Source: an uncultured Candidatus Entotheonella sp.
GTDB lineage: Bacteria; Tectomicrobia; Entotheonellia; Entotheonellales; Entotheonellaceae
DNA: 64,000 nucleotides
NCBI GenBank assembly: GCA_951828535.1
Contig: OX639990.1
Coordinates: 109,300 to 173,299, forward strand
Reading direction: 5' to 3'
A model generated the notes under the pieces. That model worked only from the letters and a program-made list of their open reading frames with translations. It was not told the origin of the DNA and ran no database searches. Positions 62,856-64,000 of this stretch are shown here, one piece after another. Position numbers and translations under genes: made by a program. Positions within the stretch are counted from its first letter, which is position 1, and each line of letters begins with the position of its first letter.

Positions 62856-64000
62856 CTACCCAATCGTCGCCAATTCAAACTGGCGGCCCCAGCGGGTCTG
62901 CACGGCTTGCAACAAGGCGCGATGCTCTTCGCGGCTCAGATGTGGGTCCTTGTCCAGCAACGTGAACGCCGACTGCCGCGCCCGTTCCAGCCACACGCCG
63001 TGATGCAGAATGTTGCCGACGCGCAATTCCGGCAGCCCCGACTGTTTCGTCCCCAGCAATTCCCCCGGCCCGCGAATCTGCAAATCCTGCTCGGCCACGT
63101 AAAACCCATCGGTGCTTTCCTGCATGACTTTCAACCGCTGGCGGCTCTCGCGGCTGAGCTTCTGACCAGGCAGCAGCAGGCAGGTGGCGTGCGCGGTGCC
63201 CCGCCCGACACGACCGCGTAACTGATGGAGCTGCGCCAGGCCGAACCGCTCGGCGTTTTCGATCAGCATGACCGTGGCGTTGGCGACATCGACGCCGACC
63301 TCGATGACGGTCGTGGACACCAGAATTTGCAGCCGTCCCTCCGTAAACGCCCGCATGATTGCGTCCCGTTCCTCGGCGGCCAGGCGTCCGTGCAGCAGGC
63401 CGACCTCGTATTCCGGGAACACCGCATGCCGCAGGTGCTCGGCCATGGCCGCGGCGGCGCCGAGGTCGAGGTTTTCAGATTCCTCGATGAGCGGGTAGAC
63501 GATGTAGGCTTGGTGGCCTTTGTCGACCTCGCGGCGTACCACGTCGTAAGCATGTTCGCGGCGTTTTTCGCTGAGCAGGACGGTTTTAACCGGCAGGCGG
63601 CCGGGTGGCAATTCGTCGAGGACGGACAGGTCGAGGTCGCCGTACAGGGTCATGGCTAAGGTGCGCGGAATCGGCGTGGCTGTCATCACCAGCACGTCGG
63701 GCCGGAGTCCCTTCTGTCGCAGGCCGGCGCGCTGCATGACGCCGAAGCGGTGCTGCTCGTCAACGACGATCATACCGAGGCCGTGGAACTGCACGTTTTC
63801 GTACAGCAGGGCGTGGGTACCGACCAGCACGGATACCTCGCCATCGGCGATGCGCTGAAGGAGTTTTCGGCGGCTGCGGCCTTTGACCGTGCCGGTGAGC
63901 AGCGCCACTTCGAGGTCCAGATGCTCTAGCAGGGTACGCAACGTTGCCAAGTGCTGCTCTGCGAGGAGCTCCGTCGGCGCCATGAAGGCGGCTTGCTGGC
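62856..64000 (-). CDS. recG: ATP-dependent DNA helicase RecG (C-terminal part; 5' end beyond the window)
   Basis: It has ..MAPTELLAEQH.., ..LLTGTVKGRSRR.., ..VVDEQHRFGV.. (DEQH box), ..VLVMTATPIPRTLAMT.., ..VSTTVIEVGVDVANATVM.., and ..QLHQLRGRVGRG... Confidence 0.9.
   Translation of the reverse strand, partial: QQAAFMAPTELLAEQHLATLRTLLEHLDLEVALLTGTVKGRSRRKLLQRIADGEVSVLVGTHALLYENVQFHGLGMIVVDEQHRFGVMQRAGLRQKGLRPDVLVMTATPIPRTLAMTLYGDLDLSVLDELPPGRLPVKTVLLSEKRREHAYDVVRREVDKGHQAYIVYPLIEESENLDLGAAAAMAEHLRHAVFPEYEVGLLHGRLAAEERDAIMRAFTEGRLQILVSTTVIEVGVDVANATVMLIENAERFGLAQLHQLRGRVGRGTAHATCLLLPGQKLSRESRQRLKVMQESTDGFYVAEQDLQIRGPGELLGTKQSGLPELRVGNILHHGVWLERARQSAFTLLDKDPHLSREEHRALLQAVQTRWGRQFELATIG

Overview
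High-GC chromosomal segment from a diderm (Gram-negative-type) bacterium. The backbone is housekeeping: uvrB, uvrC, thiS-thiG-thiE behind a TPP riboswitch, folE-folB-folK-moaB, mazG, ggt, HU, and the 3' part of recG. Interleaved with it are these accessory blocks.
1. Left-end cluster of insertion sequences (0.55-3.6 kb). It holds IS3- and IS256-family remnants, an intact IS5/IS427-group element with an A8 -1 frameshift site, and a second IS5-family element. It sits next to a TlpA-like thioredoxin whose CXXC motif begins with an in-frame TGA, a likely selenocysteine (UGNC).
2. An orphan 839-aa transketolase-like enzyme.
3. A tandem array (14.0-18.9 kb) of three paralogous secreted genes. Each encodes signal peptide + coiled coil + 14-residue (42-bp) SVSGGxxNxASGxx repeats. 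They are separated by strongly conserved non-coding modules of about 170-550 nt. I rate this the most unusual block.
4. An mlaE-mlaF-mlaD-(TolC-family)-mlaC-DUF2461 operon.
5. A UPF0175/DUF3368 toxin-antitoxin pair.
6. A PQQ dehydrogenase with a lanthanide-type D-x-D signature and no vicinal Cys pair.
7. A decayed mobile/defence islet: hicA stub + hicB, an hsdR 5' stub, and an internally deleted IS481-family transposase.
8. An operon of DUF362 Fe-S protein, small helical protein, SDR epimerase and an AceE-type E1 with no E2/E3. It is divergent from an SsuD-like monooxygenase.
9. A Cus-like Cu/Ag efflux cluster with two tandem TolC-family genes, an enlarged CusA, an acid-tailed CusB, a Met/His-rich periplasmic protein and a His-rich cytochrome c.
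10. A squalene/phytoene synthase next to a radical-SAM + metallophosphoesterase pair.
No rRNA, tRNA or CRISPR array was seen. All functional calls come from motif recognition by eye; no database search was run.
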